This document shows positions 12,716-26,709 of a stretch of DNA of 64,000 nt, one piece after another. This DNA is from Aplysia californica. Its lineage: Eukaryota. A program made the translations under genes and the position numbers. The stretch spans positions 1 through 64,000 of the forward strand of contig NW_004798191.1 in the NCBI RefSeq assembly GCF_000002075.1, in the 5' to 3' direction. A model generated the notes under the pieces. It had not been told where the DNA came from. It was given only the letters and a program-made list of their open reading frames with translations, and did not search any database. Position 1 is the stretch's first letter; each line of letters opens with the position of its first letter.

Positions 12716-14318
12716 ACCGTTCGCACCAAAAGCTGTAGCCACGCCGTACCCGAGCAGTGCACTGCTAGCAGTGAGCAGTAAAAAACATCCCTACATTTAC
12801 TACCGCTCAATGATAACAGTGATTTCGTCATTTCTAAATTAGCACACCCGAATGTTCCCACCAAGCCCCGCCAAAATATAATAATAAAAATAATAAATAG
12901 CATTTGTATAGCGCATATCCCCGCTCAACTGCAGGCTCTATGCGCTTTACACTATATTATTACCCCAGCATACCATAGAACACTCCGAAACATTCTCAGC
13001 TTCCCGGGAAACATACAGTGCAAGCAGCTGATTAAGCGCTCAAACACTCACAAACTGACAAGATCTTTCGCTGTCTATAGCCGGGTACCCGTTCCCACCT
13101 GGGTGAAGTGAGGAAAATTCGTGTAAAGTGCCTTTCCCAAGGACACAACGTCGAGCACCTGACGGATTCAAACCCACGACCTTACAGTTGTGAGTCCGAG
13201 AGCCTAACCACTAGGCCACCGACGCCACATCTCGATCTCCTCGAACTTCTACATTCTCCTCTTGAAAGCCCGCACAACAAAGCACAAACAAAACAATGGA
13301 CAGTGCCAAAACGTTTGAGGTCATAAGTTTAATCCAGGAATATCCATGCTTGTGAGAGGAGCAGAGAAAGACCGAAGAAGAATTGGAAGGACAACATCAA
13401 GGAATGGACAGGCCTGGAACTCGAAGACACGCTCAGGAAAGCCGAAGACCGGAGGAGTGAAGGTTGTGGGTGGCTAAATCTTCCAAAGCCCCGACGGACA
13501 TCCAGTCTACGGGACAGGTGAAGGTGATCCATGCTTGTGGCGAAAACAGGACAAGAAATTTATGAACAGAGAAACCAAGAGAAAACAACAATTTCAAGAA
13601 ATTGCAGACAAGATGAATTTGATAGCCCTTTATGTCACTTAGATCAACTTACTTGGTTGCTTGGTTGAGAATAGGCATTATTGCAGGCGGCACAATGCCA
13701 TAGCTGCTCCTCCCTCCTCTCCAGGATCCATGAAATGGTCTGCTTGATGATAGTGCCCGTTAACAACTGGTTGGATATTCTTCTGGCTTTTCCACGCAGG
13801 TTGCTGTCTCTCCCCGACCCTCTACAGACATCAGCTTCTCGTAGTCTATAAATTGTGTGTGAAATGCTGCCTTCATCATCTCTGTGTTTGTTGAACCTAA
13901 GTCAAGAAACAGGTAATGAAATTCTCTGCATGTGACTCTTTTGGCATTAATGGGATGAGCCCAGTATTCTTTCTCGACATCAAATACAAGAGACAGTGTC
14001 GATAGTGATGAAGTGTCCAGCAAATGCATCAAACATATTATTATTTTACGGACCGCCATGTTATGAACTGTCTCCAATACCAGCAGCGAGCTAGCAGAGA
14101 AAGCTAATTAACACGCTGGTTTTATTTTGCTTTTGGTGAGAACATGCAAGCTGATAATAAATACTGAGCAGTGCACGAGCAGCCAACGAGCTGACTGCTA
14201 CTGGATAGCTAGAGCTAGCCAACGCAGCTTTGGATGCGGACTCTCGAACCTACTTCTAGAACTGCTCATAGCGGCTAGGCTAAGCTACTGTTTTTGGCTT
14301 TTGGTGCGGACAACCCCT
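12716..14318 (-). mobile_element. Decayed PIF/Harbinger-like element
   Basis: Inverted cgcaccaaaagc (12722) / gcttttggtgcg (14297). The internal minus-strand peptide EYWAHPINAKR..REFHYLFLDL resembles the Harbinger nuclease N-terminus. Several younger insertions lie inside. Confidence 0.45.
12900..13229 (-). mobile_element. tRNA-derived SINE with Meta-like core
   Basis: Reverse strand reads ggcgtcggtggcctagtggttagg...gttgtgtccttgggaaaggcactttac...cacccaggtgggaacgggtaccc. Relatives at 24965-25200 and 61640-61765. Confidence 0.75.
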
Positions 14319-14409
14319 TAGACAGACCTCATTTACCCCCCGGGGCGGTGCTACTAACTGAAGTGTCTTTTGGCCATTCCCAAGGGGGGGGGGGAGACAT
14401 TAACATGTT

Positions 14410-14742
14410 CTTATCGACAGTAGAATTGTAAATGGGCTGATTCATCAATGCCATGGTCACACTGTGCCGGAACAACATAGGGGGGAATTCTGCTTTTTCT
14501 TTCCTACTCCTTACTATCGTAATTCTTCCTCTAATTTGTTTGTATGATTGTCACACTCTTGTGAACTGCTATTTCCGGGATGACTTGATAGTCCGAGCAG
14601 ACTGTGTGCTCTTGAAGCTAGAGAGGTGAGCAGAGTAAGCCAGATTCCATATATTGTATGGACTTCTCTGTTGACATCCACCCCTTGGCGCTCATATGAC
14701 ATAATACAATTGCGAGCGCCGTAAAAACTTTACTAAAACTAA
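14410..14742 (+). mobile_element. ~330-bp retroposon family with a different body but the same 3' hairpin tail
   Basis: Inverted copies at 11935-12250 and 57005-57345; ends ggcgctcatatgacataatacaattgcgagcgccgtaaaa. Confidence 0.72.
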
Positions 14743-15484
14743 AGACCTCATTCGGAAAATCCCGGAGCTCCGGCAAGGGAGGGAAAAATGTCAATTATCG
14801 ATATTTTTAAAACACAACAATTCTAAGGGAAACAATCATTAAAATATATTGCAATTGCAATAAATGTTATATATCTTTTGTATTATTTAAGAATTATCTA
14901 CCAATAACTTTTTAAAAGCGGTTAAACTATTTACAATGGGAGTATTCTTGTCTTTTCAGCAAAATTTCGCGAAGTATATATTATTATTACTACTTGCATT
15001 TAGAAATATTCGGGTTTAAATAAGTCATTTTGATTACCTTTTTAAATAAATAAATACTCAAGTAGATCGATGTGAGCTTCATTCCAACTCTGGACTTTTA
15101 CAGCATGTCCTTTCTCTCGAAAGTGGATCTTGAATCCACTGATTATAATAATTAACTAGGTATGCGGATGCCGGAGAGACGAGAGTTAGGCCTAGTGCAG
15201 TGCACTTTCACTCTGACTCGGGATTTATCGAGCAGATTACGTTCTATTAGAATTAAAAAGAATGGAGTAATTACCAAGTTCTGTCTGATACCTTTGGCCG
15301 TTTTGAATTGTTAGTATGCGGTCAGAAACTAAATGATGTTCTATTTGACGTCTTTACTAGACTTTACTTTTTTATCCTTTGTTGCGGTTAAGCGTCGGGG
15401 GGGGATGCAGTTTTCTATGGTAGGCCAGCTCCGCAGCTCTTTCAGTTGGGATATTATTATGATTTCTCAGGGTTTCATTGGTTT

Positions 15485-15925
15485 CCTCAATTCACCTTTT
15501 GCGTGGCCTTCCTTCTCCGTTATAGCCTGAGTGCTTGGTGTTGTAGGCTCTCGGGGCTGGCTGGCCAGGTGACATACGTAACAGGTGGCAAAACTGTTTT
15601 ATTCTCTGCCTTTCTATGAAATGCAGGCAGGACGCAGTGCCAAGAGCTGCCGTTACTTCGTTATTTCTCAGCCTGTCTCGTCTTGTGATGTCAAGGGTTT
15701 TGTCGAGACATCGTATCTCATGCAGTGATTTTGCTTTCATGGGTTTTACTTGATATCCAGGTCTGGCATTGGTAGCATACTGTTGGTGTGAATATTGAAG
15801 TGATAAGCTGTCTCTTTATGTCCTTGGAGATGTTTTAATTAGATAGGAAGAGTGCGAGCAGGTAGATGACATTGCTAGCTTTTAAAATTCGCCTAAATCT
15901 ATTTCTCCGTCATGGGACCCGTCTG
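15485..15925 (-). mobile_element. RTE-clade LINE 3' fragment
   Basis: EIRCL..TLDITRRDRLRNNEV...QRIKQFCHLLRM...GRPRKR. Other RTE 3' ends at ~7250-7805, 12365-12465, 13355-13528, 16570-16682, 44370-44592 and 48100-48300. Confidence 0.72.
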
Positions 15926-17659
15926 ACGGCTGCTCTATCAAAGCTGTAAGATCATTTCGGAGTCGTTATCTATTATTATGTTTGGCGACTTGGAAACACA
16001 TGTGTCCCTTTTCCCGTGACACTTCGACAGCATGGAGCATCCCGTCTTCCTAAGACCCCAGTTCTAGATTCAAATAATTCACTATGACAGCTGTACAGTT
16101 GACAGTTGGCAAGTACCTGCAAAGAGATAGATAGGTCCCCATGACGGAGGGAACCATCTAGTCAAGAATAAGCAGGGTCATCACCCACAACACAGAGGAC
16201 AGGAATTTAGCATTTTCAGTAAGGAAAGAATTAAAACAGTATGAATTTTGCTTCAGTTACCGCTGAAGCCTACTCTCGTCAATTTTAGAACCACCAAGAT
16301 ATATTTAACGTGCGCAACTTGCACACGGGACCTCCGCAATTGTTCTCCCATATCCGAGAAAGCTAGGTGTTTGATCTTACCTACCATATGATCAAGGGTT
16401 TGGCTGAAAGACAATGTTCATGTTATGCATAATGTGCATCTTTCTTTCTTTCTTTTTACACCAAGTTTCACAAAGCTCTAATTGTAGGCCTATTCTACTT
16501 TGGCATTGTTATTTCACAAGTTTTATAAGTTGTATACATCATGTTGAAATCACAGAAATCTAAGTACAGAAAAATGGGAAGACATGGAGTAACATCAAGA
16601 GGCTAGCCCAGGATTGAGAAATGTGGAAAGTGTTTTTTCCGTGGCCTATATCCTGGTTCACGAGGAGAAAGGCACTGATGATACAAGTTGAGAATGGACT
16701 TTTGACCACTGGCATCTGTTGAAACGCAAGCGTTATAGCTGAAAGTAAGTTTTAAGCAGGTGAGTTCCAGATAGCTCTTTGAAAGAAAGAAACTATTAAA
16801 TGGTCGCTTTTAAGCACAAGATGGCTCTCCCGAAAAAGGCTATTTTGAGAAAATCGAAGGTAAAGTTTTTGCCCCTTGTTCAGTTTCTAATACAAGGAGA
16901 GTTTTCTATATAACCAAACAAATATATATACACGCCAATGAAACCAAATTTCTCCTACAGGTATGACAATGCCCACTTTTGGTGAAGGTCACGATTGCTG
17001 GAAATCCCCAAAATCTGGGTTAGCCTGATTGTCCATAAAATTGACCAAACGAGGATCTGGGCTTCAGAAAGTGAACGTTACAGCCAAGCTCAAGCATCTT
17101 AGATCTGAGTACGTTTTGTCAAAAGTTATAATCTTAATCATATTATTATAATAGGACTATGTAGAAAATATTTATCTTAATCACATAAAGTTTATTATAT
17201 GAAAAATAGTTATCTTAATCACACGCAATATATGAATTGGAAAGTATTTTTTTCAAGCATACATAATATAATAATATGGAAAGTATAATTCTTAATATAG
17301 ATTACATATACAGTCGAATTTGTGTAAAATGGCCATCCATAGTCATAGAGAAAAGTAGACCTATTGAATGAGAGGCGAACGCCGTGACCACTAGACCAAG
17401 AGAGCCCTCAAAACAGTTGGGTGACACCGAAAAATCAGGATAATGCAGCTTTTTCTTTTTCTTTTTTTTTTCTTAAAGCATCCGAGCTAATGAATGAAGT
17501 AAGAACCATTGTTGAACGTCTTATAACTGCCGCGGTCGACTACGGATAAGTTGATGTCTTCAGGGGACTGAAAAGAATATCAACTCATCCGATGTTCAAA
17601 GATTTGGGGTGGCCTGGAAAGAAGAAGAGGTTCTGGGACCTGGGAAAAGAAAGATCAGC

Positions 17660-18054
17660 TTAACCCTATCCGCAGGCCTACGTCGTGTTTTACTATCGTA
17701 ACCATACGATGCGGGGAACTCTGTGCCACCATTTAACCCTATCCGTACGTCGTGTTTTACTATCGTATCCATACGGCGTGGGGAACTATGTGCCACCACT
17801 TAACCCTATCCATACGTCGTGTTTTACTATCGCATCCATACGGCGTGGGGAACTCTGTGCCACCACTTTTCAAACAGGAAATTTACTCGTTAATCCGATC
17901 CGTACGCTTTGCCATGCAGTCTGTCACAATGATGTTGTTTTTTTAAAGAAATACTTAAAGTTTCAAAGAGATGTTCGCACTAGAAGTATTCTAAAATGTG
18001 AAGGATACAACCCCGTGGGTACAAAATGACCCTAGGGCGTACGGATAGGGTTAA
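17660..18054. mobile_element. piggyBac-type MITE with a triplicated left terminus
   Basis: TTAA|CCCTATCC at 17660, 17733 and 17800; right end CGTACGGATAGGG|TTAA at 18038-18054 with subterminal gggtacaaaatgaccc. Confidence 0.8.
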
Positions 18055-21000
18055 ACCGAAGACCAATGCAACCGAGTTCAACAAGGGCGGAGTTTACTAT
18101 AATACATTAATATTTGTCGTCTGACTAAACAATCAAAATGGCGACAGTGGGAGCTCCGCAGTAAATGGCAGGCTACATGTAGACAAGACTGTCGTCTGTC
18201 TCCTCTGTTTCTATTTACACCGAGGCAAGTCAAACAATCGCAAGGGTAATCGCACGGGCTGGGGAAATAACTCTGTGTCGCAAAACGCCTCTGCAATTGT
18301 TTGCTGACACATTTTGAATCTTGAGCAAAGATATAATGTATTTTTGATTCAGTTTTTTTAAGACCTAAAAAAATGATAATGTATTATGTAAAGCACACTT
18401 TGGTTGGTTTTGAAAATGTCTGAATATTAGCAGTGTTCAAGAAAGAAACGAAGAAAATTACTCGGCAAATAAAGACGGATCTGTTTGCATTTCGGAACTG
18501 GGCTTTTTCGCCCCTATTTCTGTGCGTATTTAGTTTTTGCTCCGGTTTGGCTCTTGATTTTTATTTCTTTACAAAAAATAATTCTTCAAAGCGTGGTGCA
18601 GAGCTCGACCCCCCCCCCCCAAACAAAACCAAAAAAAAAAAAAAACCAACAAAACTAAACAAATTAAAAACAACCAACTATTGTTCAAATTCTCTTACCC
18701 CTCTTCAAATATTCCGCAATCAATTTGGCATCTCTAAACGATCCCAATCACATGATCAAACATGTAGCAAGGGCAATCATTTTTGTGTGTTTTGATGGTA
18801 TACACAAAGGTAGATCCACTTAAACTTAAAGTAACAGTAACAATGACACTTGGAGCGCATTACGCCGGTCGATGTTCAATGAGGTAACCTCAGTCTTTAT
18901 CCTCCAGCTTTTTTTCTCTTCAACTTCTACGGTGTATCGTGAGGAGAGAACGTTTCATTTACTCTATCTTCATCTGGAACAACAAAAGCAATACAATGGT
19001 GAGGCATCGTGGTCAAATCAGGTGCTCGTCAAAATTATGAAATGAAAGAAAAAGGCATTTTTTTCTGGCTGTTAGGCATCTTTAAAATATTATTACAAAA
19101 TGGTTTTTTGCTCAACACCTTTAATGTCAATTTAAAAGCACATTCTAGCGTGGAGCTTACAGAAAAACGTTGATCAAAGGCATAAAAAATGTAAATTAGC
19201 AGTTTTCAAGGACACCCAAGCTTTGGCAGTCTCCAAACTTTGGTGGCTATTTTCTCGCTAATCATATCTCTGACATCACACCAGGCGAACCCCCCCCTCA
19301 TCTCTTTCAATCACAATTTATATCTCGACTCCTTTTCAAGATAGATGGGTATTTTTGTTAATCAAAACCGAGATGAATAAACAAGCTTTAAGATGACACA
19401 AAAAAACTCAATAATAATAATAATAATAATATGCCCAAAAAATTGAGGAGCGCCTGATTCCACCGCGTCATGCACCCCCTCGGACACGTGATGTTCTGCG
19501 ATTTCGAGTAGGCTATCAGCTCCTCCATAGTTCAATGACAGGCTTGTAAGACACAACCCTCACGCTTCTCAACTTCAACACGCACTCAAAAGAAGAGACT
19601 GAAAATTTCAAGTGTTGTATTTTTAAAAAAAACACCAAAAAAACGATTGACGTGGCACTCAGCATCGCGATCAATTTATTATTCGAGTGGCTTTTGGGGA
19701 GAGTGGCGGTGTAGGTCGAGTCCGACAAATTATTGCTGTAAGGATTGTCTTAACAAGATCGCTGGGTTCTGCAACAAAGGATTTTATTAAGTCGGGTAGT
19801 GCTCTACGAATACGATGACGATGATCTCGCGAACTAGATCTAGATCTAGAGCAAACCGAATTAACCACAATGTCGCTTTAAAAGTAGTAAACACACATCT
19901 CTTTACATGCAATCCTTTTCTTGTACTGCCGAGGAGTTTTCTAATTCAACAATGGTTCTTTATAATACTTGAGGGGAAGATCTGGTTCTGTCGCGAGAGT
20001 TCAGTTTTCGAGAGTCAGTTTTTCGAATCCATGCGTCCTGCCCTACTTCTTATCGCCCTATAATATCATAGCGAATCTCTGGGAGTCAAAACAAAGAGAG
20101 ACGAACTGTTAAAAAAGGAGCCTTCAACTCAACTTTCTCCAACCCGAGAGGGTGACTCATGTTTCTGGGGAATCATGAATATAGGAAGCGTAATATCATT
20201 TACACACTAACGGCCAACTTGCAGAGGGGGAAAACAGAAGGGTAGTATAGTATATTATAGTAATATAGATCTGGGCCCTAAACAGAGAATGCTGACCACT
20301 TTGGCCGAGATAGAAGTAGGTGTTGTTAGAGTTTCCACTCTTAGTCTCCGACCTTCCCTCTAACATCAACTGAGGCGTATTATCTATACACACTATCATT
20401 ATTATTGTTGTTGTTGTTCTTCTTCTTATTATTNNNNNNNNNNNNNNNNNNNNNNNNNNNNNNNNNNNNNNNNNNNNNNNNNNNNNNNNNNNNNNNNNNN
20501 NNNNNNNNNNNNNNNNNNNNNNNNNNNNNNNNNNNNNNNNNNNNNNNNNNNNNNNNNNNNNNNNNNNNNNNNNNNNNNNNNNNNNNNNNNNNNNNNNNNN
20601 NNNNNNNNNNNNNNNNNNNNNNNNNNNNNNNNNNNNNNNNNNNNNNNNNNNNNNNNNNNNNNNNNNNNNNNNNNNNNNNNNNNNNNNNNNNNNNNNNNNN
20701 NNNNNNNNNNNNNNNNNNNNNNNNNNNNNNNNNNNNNNNNNNNNNNNNNNNNNNNNNNNNNNNNNNNNNNNNNNNNNNNNNNNNNNNNNNNNNNNNNNNN
20801 NNNNNNNNNNNNNNNNNNNNNNNNNNNNNNNNNNNNNNNNNNNNNNNNNNNNNNNNNNNNNNNNNNNNNNNNNNNNNNNNNNNNNNNNNNNNNNNNNNNN
20901 NNNNNNNNNNNNNNNNNNNNNNNNNNNNNNNNNNNNNNNNNNNNNNNNNNNNNNNNNNNNNNNNNNNNNNNNNNNNNNNNNNNNNNNNNNNNNNNNNNNN

Positions 21001-21258
21001 NNNNNNNNNNNNNNNNNNNNNNNNNNNNNNNNNNNNNNNNNNNNNNNNNNNNNNNNNNNNNNNNNNNNNNNNNNNNNNNNNNNNNNNNNNNNNNNNNNNN
21101 NNNNNNNNNNNNNNNNNNNNNNNNNNNNNNNNNNNNNNNNNNNNNNNNNNNNNNNNNNNNNNNNNNNNNNNNNNNNNNNNNNNNNNNNNNNNNNNNNNNN
21201 NNNNNNNNNNNNNNNNNNNNNNNNNNNNNNNNNNNNNNNNNNNNNNNNNNNNNNNNNN

Positions 21259-21291
<33 letters not shown>

Positions 21292-22584
21292 TGCATTACC
21301 TAGACTCGACTCAGATTTGGTCATGTAAGCGCCAAAAAAAGGGTTTCACTGTTGCAGACCTAGGCTTTTGTTATATACTAAAAGGATGGACAAACATTTA
21401 TAAAAGTCTTCGTAAATAAAATCAAAATTTTACTTACATGACAAAGTGGTAAAAATTGTGTTGCATTGTTGCATGCCACGCAAAAAGGAACTTCTACTCC
21501 ACCAAGTAGATATTATTTGTGCGTGGTATGCGTGCGTGTGTCCACTTCGTGCGTGGGAGTGATTCAGAGCTTTTCAATAAACAAGTTCATGTATGTTTAC
21601 GGTTGAATAGAGATTGTGCTGAGCACAATTAATTAGCTCTTTTATTTGAATTTCTGCTCAAACTTGAATAATTGATGTTAAACTGTCAAGGCATTTTCTT
21701 GAGAATATTTAAAATAGTAATGTTAACATTTTCTGCATCAATGTTTTATGTTGTCCTATCTTTTATAAAGTCAAATGTTGGTGCGTCTTTAAAGCTATCC
21801 TTTCAAACAGTCTGGTTCTATTTATTTTAAGCTTTGAAGCACGCCCTGTCCATTGGGTTAGATTTTAAAACACGGACATTCTGATTGAAATAGGCCAACT
21901 GTACGAAAAATTATTTGAGTAATTTGAATTTTATTCGTAGGTGTAATCAGGCTCTCATCAAAATAATGAAGTTGAAGATATCGGCATTTTTCAGCCAGTT
22001 TGACCACCAAAAAATTCGATTTTTTTTTCTTTTTGGCCCAACATTTTTTATGTCCATTTAAAGACGGCTTGGTTTAGGTCAATATTTTGATTAAAATATG
22101 AATAATTTGTTGTAAAATCTCAGTCTCAAAATAACATTCTACTACCGCGTCGTGAAACATTTGTGGGGCATCGAGGTGAAATATCAGTTGTTTGTTGTTG
22201 TTTTTTACTCAACACCCTGGCACTCCATTTGAAACTACATATATATTTTCTGTGTTGATTTTACTGAAAAATGTTAATTTAACCTACTCTCAAGCTTTGG
22301 AAGTCTCCAGACTTTGAAGGCTATTTTCTCGCTTATTTTACCTCTGAAACCAGGCGACCCCTTCCTCCTTCAATGGCAAATATCTCGACTTCCATTCATG
22401 AAATGTGAGTATTATTTTCACCGAAAGCAAGACAAATGAGCAAGCTTTAATTTAAAAAGATACCAATAACTCCACATGTCCAGAAATTGACGAGCGTCTG
22501 ATTCCACCACGTCATGACACATTTTTTGGGGGGGGTTTTGCTCACCTTGTAATACGTTAACGCTACGACTGTACTCTGTTCCAG

Positions 22585-23540
22585 GTATCTGGGTCATCTA
22601 CGGGCTCGCCCTCAACAGCTGCTGTATCGCCGTGTTCATCTGTGCCGAGCGCTGCCTGTGCATAGCTCTCCCCTTCAAGGTCAGGGACATCCTAACACCC
22701 GGCCGCTCCGCCGCCATCTTGGCCCTCATCTGCACCTTCTCCCTGGCAAGCGTGTCTCCCATTCTGTCCACGGTGGAGCTGATCCGGACTCGTGACCCCG
22801 AGACCAACACGACAGTGGTCAACATGTTCTTGACCAGGGAGAACCCGCCACGGGTCCAGGCGACCAACGCGACAGTCAGTACCGCGCAGACGACAGCTCT
22901 CCTGTGTCTGCTTCTCCTCACCGGTCGCCTTGTCATCAGCCTTAACCGGCACACAAAATGGCGGAGTCTTCATTCCCAGGCTGGGGTTCGTGCTGCTGGT
23001 GCGGGGAAAACGACAACAGCAGCAGCATCAGCAACGTCAGCAACGTCATCATCATCGTCAACGTCAGCAGCAGCAGCAATAGCAGCAAGAGCAACAACAA
23101 CGTCATCAGCAGCAGCAGCAGCAGCAGTAAGAGCAACAACAACGTCATCATCATCAGCCACAGCAGCAGCAACTACAGCAACAACAACATCAGCAGCATC
23201 AGCAGCATCAGCAGCATCAGCAGCATCAGCAGCATCAGCAGCTGCAACAGTAACACGTTCTCCCCTTGATGACTTCTCCAAAAGAGACCGCCGGGTGGTC
23301 AAAGTAGTGGTCATCGTGTCCGTAGTTCTCATGGTCTGCTACACGCCAGGTCAGATCTACACGGCCGTCAGTGAGTTCGCGCCGGAGTTTAATTACGGGC
23401 GTCGCCATGGTTACCTGTACCGAGCGTCATGGGCGCTGGCCTACTTCCTGTATACTCTCAACTCCAGCATCAACCTGGTCATCTATTACAACATGAGCTC
23501 TCGCTACAGGGCCACTCTTCAAGCTTTGCTTCACTTTTAG
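22585..23540 (+). CDS. Terminal exon (TM3-TM7) of a rhodopsin-like class A GPCR, molluscan chemosensory-receptor-like
   Basis: Acceptor ttccag at 22584, then IWVIYGLALNSCCIAVFICAERCLCIALPFKVRDILTP (TM3, ERC variant of DRY), TM6 VVKVVVIVSVVLMVCYTP, and TM7 NSSINLVIYYNMSSRYR. No TM1-2 exon is visible; it may lie in the gap at 20434-21258. Confidence 0.88.
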
Positions 23541-23631
23541 AAAGTGGATACGCTACGACATATTACACACATTTTATACATGTAATAATATTATTGTTTG
23601 TGATAAAGATTATTATGTTGAGTATTGTTTA

Positions 23632-24091
23632 TACGCGCGCGCGTGCGCACGCACGCACACGCACACACGCACAGACACACACGCGCGTGCACGCAAGGGC
23701 ACACGTACGCACACACACAAACACATACACACACACACANNNNNNNNNNNNNNNNNNNNNNNNNNNNNNNNNNNNNNNNNNNNNNNNNNNNNNNNNNNNN
23801 NNNNNNNNNNNNNNNNNNNNNNNNNNNNNNNNNNNNNNNNNNNNNNNNNNNNNNNNNNNNNNNNNNNNNNNNNNNNNNNNNNNNNNNNNNNNNNNNNNNN
23901 NNNNNNNNNNNNNNNNNNNNNNNNNNNNNNNNNNNNNNNNNNNNNNNNNNNNNNNNNNNNNNNNNNNNNNNNNNNNNNNNNNNNNNNNNNNNNNNNNNNN
24001 NNNNNNNNNNNNNNNNNNNNNNNNNNNNNNNNNNNNNNNNNNNNNNNNNNNNNNNNNNNNNNNNNNNNNNNNNNNNNNNNNNNNNNNNNNN

Positions 24092-24142
<51 letters not shown>
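23632..24142. repeat. (CA)/(CG)/(TG) microsatellites flanking a gap
   Basis: Alternating purine-pyrimidine tract. Other microsatellites: (TAAC)n 6780-6847, (GTTT)n 10200-10585, (GAT/GGT)n 44798-44895 and (GA)n 58053-58134. Confidence 0.85.
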
Positions 24143-24144
<2 letters not shown>

Positions 24145-25259
24145 TGAGATAACAATACATGTATGTCAATTTATTTGACAGTAAAACAAGAATGAGCATT
24201 GCCTGAGTATTGATATTCGTTACAATGCCTTGAAAACAAAGAAAGCTGTGAATGTTAATTCGTTGTAAGAAGGACGAACCACTAGGTAGTACGTCTACTT
24301 ATATTAGGCTATACAGAACATAGAGTCTGCTTTCCAGCAAGGGTATTATGTATAAATGGAATGCGAAGATGTACAAATTATAGAATACAAAAAAGGGGGG
24401 GGGGCCTCTCTTGGTCTAAAGGTGCGGTGTTCGCCTCTCATTCAACACGTCTCTGTGTAAATACTATGATGATGATGCGCAGTAAAACCTCTGGAGTCTA
24501 TGGTTGAAGCCGGGAAGGACTTTTTCTGCTAGATACATGTTTCGTTTTCCGTTAGAGTATGAGTTTTACGGCACATGCAACACAAATAGATCATCATAAG
24601 TGTCGGAGAAAAAAGATGACATTGTTACAAGAAGAGAACAACATTCAACGAAATGAAGGAGTAATAAAACGACAGCTGTCTGGTAGGAAAGAAAGAGCAA
24701 AACCTCACACAGAATACCCGCCAGCCACTCATGAATACGTTTTTACACTCCCATCAACACAGTTTAGACCATTCAGGAGACGGGCTTCGAGCCTGCCTGT
24801 CAAGATACGGCCTGGGCTTAGATGGGTACGTCGTCAAAGAAAAAAGACTGGAGATACTCTACAAAAAAATGTCCCCACATAGGAACCGAACTCGGGTCTT
24901 TGGCGTGCAACAGAGAAGCTCCTAACCGCTACAACTTAAAAAAAAAATAATAGTTAAAATAATAGATGGCATTTGTATAGCATAATTTCCCGCTCAACAG
25001 AAAGCTCATGCGCTTCACAATCTATACTATTACCCCAGCAGACCTGAGAGCATTCTGAAACAAACTCAACTTCCTGGGAAGCATACAGTGCAAGCAGCCA
25101 TTTATAGGCGCTAAAACACTAACATACTTACAAGATCTTTCGCTGTCTAAGGTCGGGTACCCATTCCCACCTGGGTGAAGTGAGCAAAATTTGTGTGAAG
25201 TAATACACTGGTCTGAACGCCCGTGGCATCAGGACTTTCAATTTTATTTTAGTTGGGAA

Positions 25260-25490
25260 TGACTAGCTGTAAGCAAATTGTGACCAGCCCAACACAGTCT
25301 ATTGTGGTCACATCGTGGACCGTGCCATTTTACATCTAAGAACAAACCAGCAGTTAGTAATCTGACTGTCACTGACAAAAGCATTATATCTGACCACCAT
25401 AATCTTCTTGTCTTTATCCCTGTTGTCCAAAAAACACCAAAGACATCAAAGAATTTTGTGGTCAAGACATGTAAGAAAAACTTAGAAACA
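25260..25490 (+). mobile_element. L2/CR1-type LINE endonuclease fragment
   Basis: VTSPT..GH..D followed by VSNLTVTDKSIISDHH (the SDH motif of the EEP endonuclease). Confidence 0.5.
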
Positions 25491-26701
25491 ATATATGTCG
25501 TTTACCAAGGAATTAGCCACTTTGCTATTGGACAATTATCATATTATGACAGCTGTTTCTTTTTATAATCTATGTCTTTTTACGCCCACATTGACACAAT
25601 TTAGAATATTTAGGAGACCGGCTTTGATCCTGTCTGTCAGTGACATCCCAGGCTGAGAGGGATACAACGTACGTACCAACAGAAAACCACTCATGTTGTG
25701 ACGCAAGTGTTGTTGTTACTGTTGTTGTTGTTGCTGCTGCTATTGAAGTTGAATTCCACCCCACCATAGTCAGTAACTTAAGAGGAATCCACTTCGATTG
25801 AACAAAATCAATTTTAAGAGTCAGACCGACTCGACACGAGGCTGAGTGTGGACTTTCCATGATTTTTTTTTCAACATTGAATACTAAATCAGGGGGAAAA
25901 AAATTAAAATGTATTAATTCTTTTACGAAAAACGTAGCTGAATTTTTATGTAAAGCTATTAACATGTCTGCTAGCATGCATGCAAAAAAACAAACCTATT
26001 TCCAATGAAAATAAGTGAGGTTTTAACTGTAGTATAAGACATATTATGCCAATAAAATTCAATAGGGCCGACATCTCTATCTATGGCAAGAAAACATAAT
26101 ATTATTTTATAACAGATTTGATTGACGACTCCACACTGCACTTGCTATATATGTGAAATCTGGTAAAATTTGATCACAAACAAATATAAAGTGAGANNNN
26201 NNNNNNNNNNNNNNNNNNNNNNNNNNNNNNNNNNNNNNNNNNNNNNNNNNNNNNNNNNNNNNNNNNNNNNNNNNNNNNNNNNNNNNNNNNNNNNNNNNNN
26301 NNNNNNNNNNNNNNNNNNNNNNNNNNNNNNNNNNNNNNNNNNNNNNNNNNNNNNNNNNNNNNNNNNNNNNNNNNNNNNNNNNNNNNNNNNNNNNNNNNNN
26401 NNNNNNNNNNNNNNNNNNNNNNGCACCCTCTTATATACATGTAATAATAAAAGCTGAGTTTTGCAATTTCTGTAAGAAGTCAGCTTATCACGCTATAGCG
26501 TAAAATATTTTAAGTCTTCAGGGTTTTGATCATGTTAATTGTTACCCTCTCCACCCGTCCTCATCATTAGCCTTAAATTATTCTCGCTCGATTAAAGTCT
26601 TCGTATGAAAAATAACGACACGAAAAACGAGACTACAAAAAAGTACGAAGCTTTGTTTACGGGTTTCCTGCAAGGAGGTTACACCTGGTGTTTCGCAGCT
26701 G

Positions 26702-26709
26702 TGACGTCA
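26702..26709. promoter_or_regulatory. Perfect CRE palindrome (TGACGTCA) upstream of the THAP gene
   Basis: GTGACGTCAC ~145 bp upstream of the ATG in a CpG-containing patch; function is not shown. Confidence 0.35.

Noticed and set aside
11935-14742. 2.8-kb element with 300-bp terminal inverted repeats
   Set aside because: The arms are independent, oppositely oriented copies of a dispersed retroposon; a third copy lies at 57005-57345.
17660-17870. CRISPR-like array (also 1290-1765 and 5453-5608)
   Set aside because: Whole units repeat without unique spacers, there are no cas genes, and the context is eukaryotic.
22598-23332. Antisense and alternate-frame ORFs over the GPCR
   Set aside because: By-products of GC-rich codons and stop-free triplet repeats.
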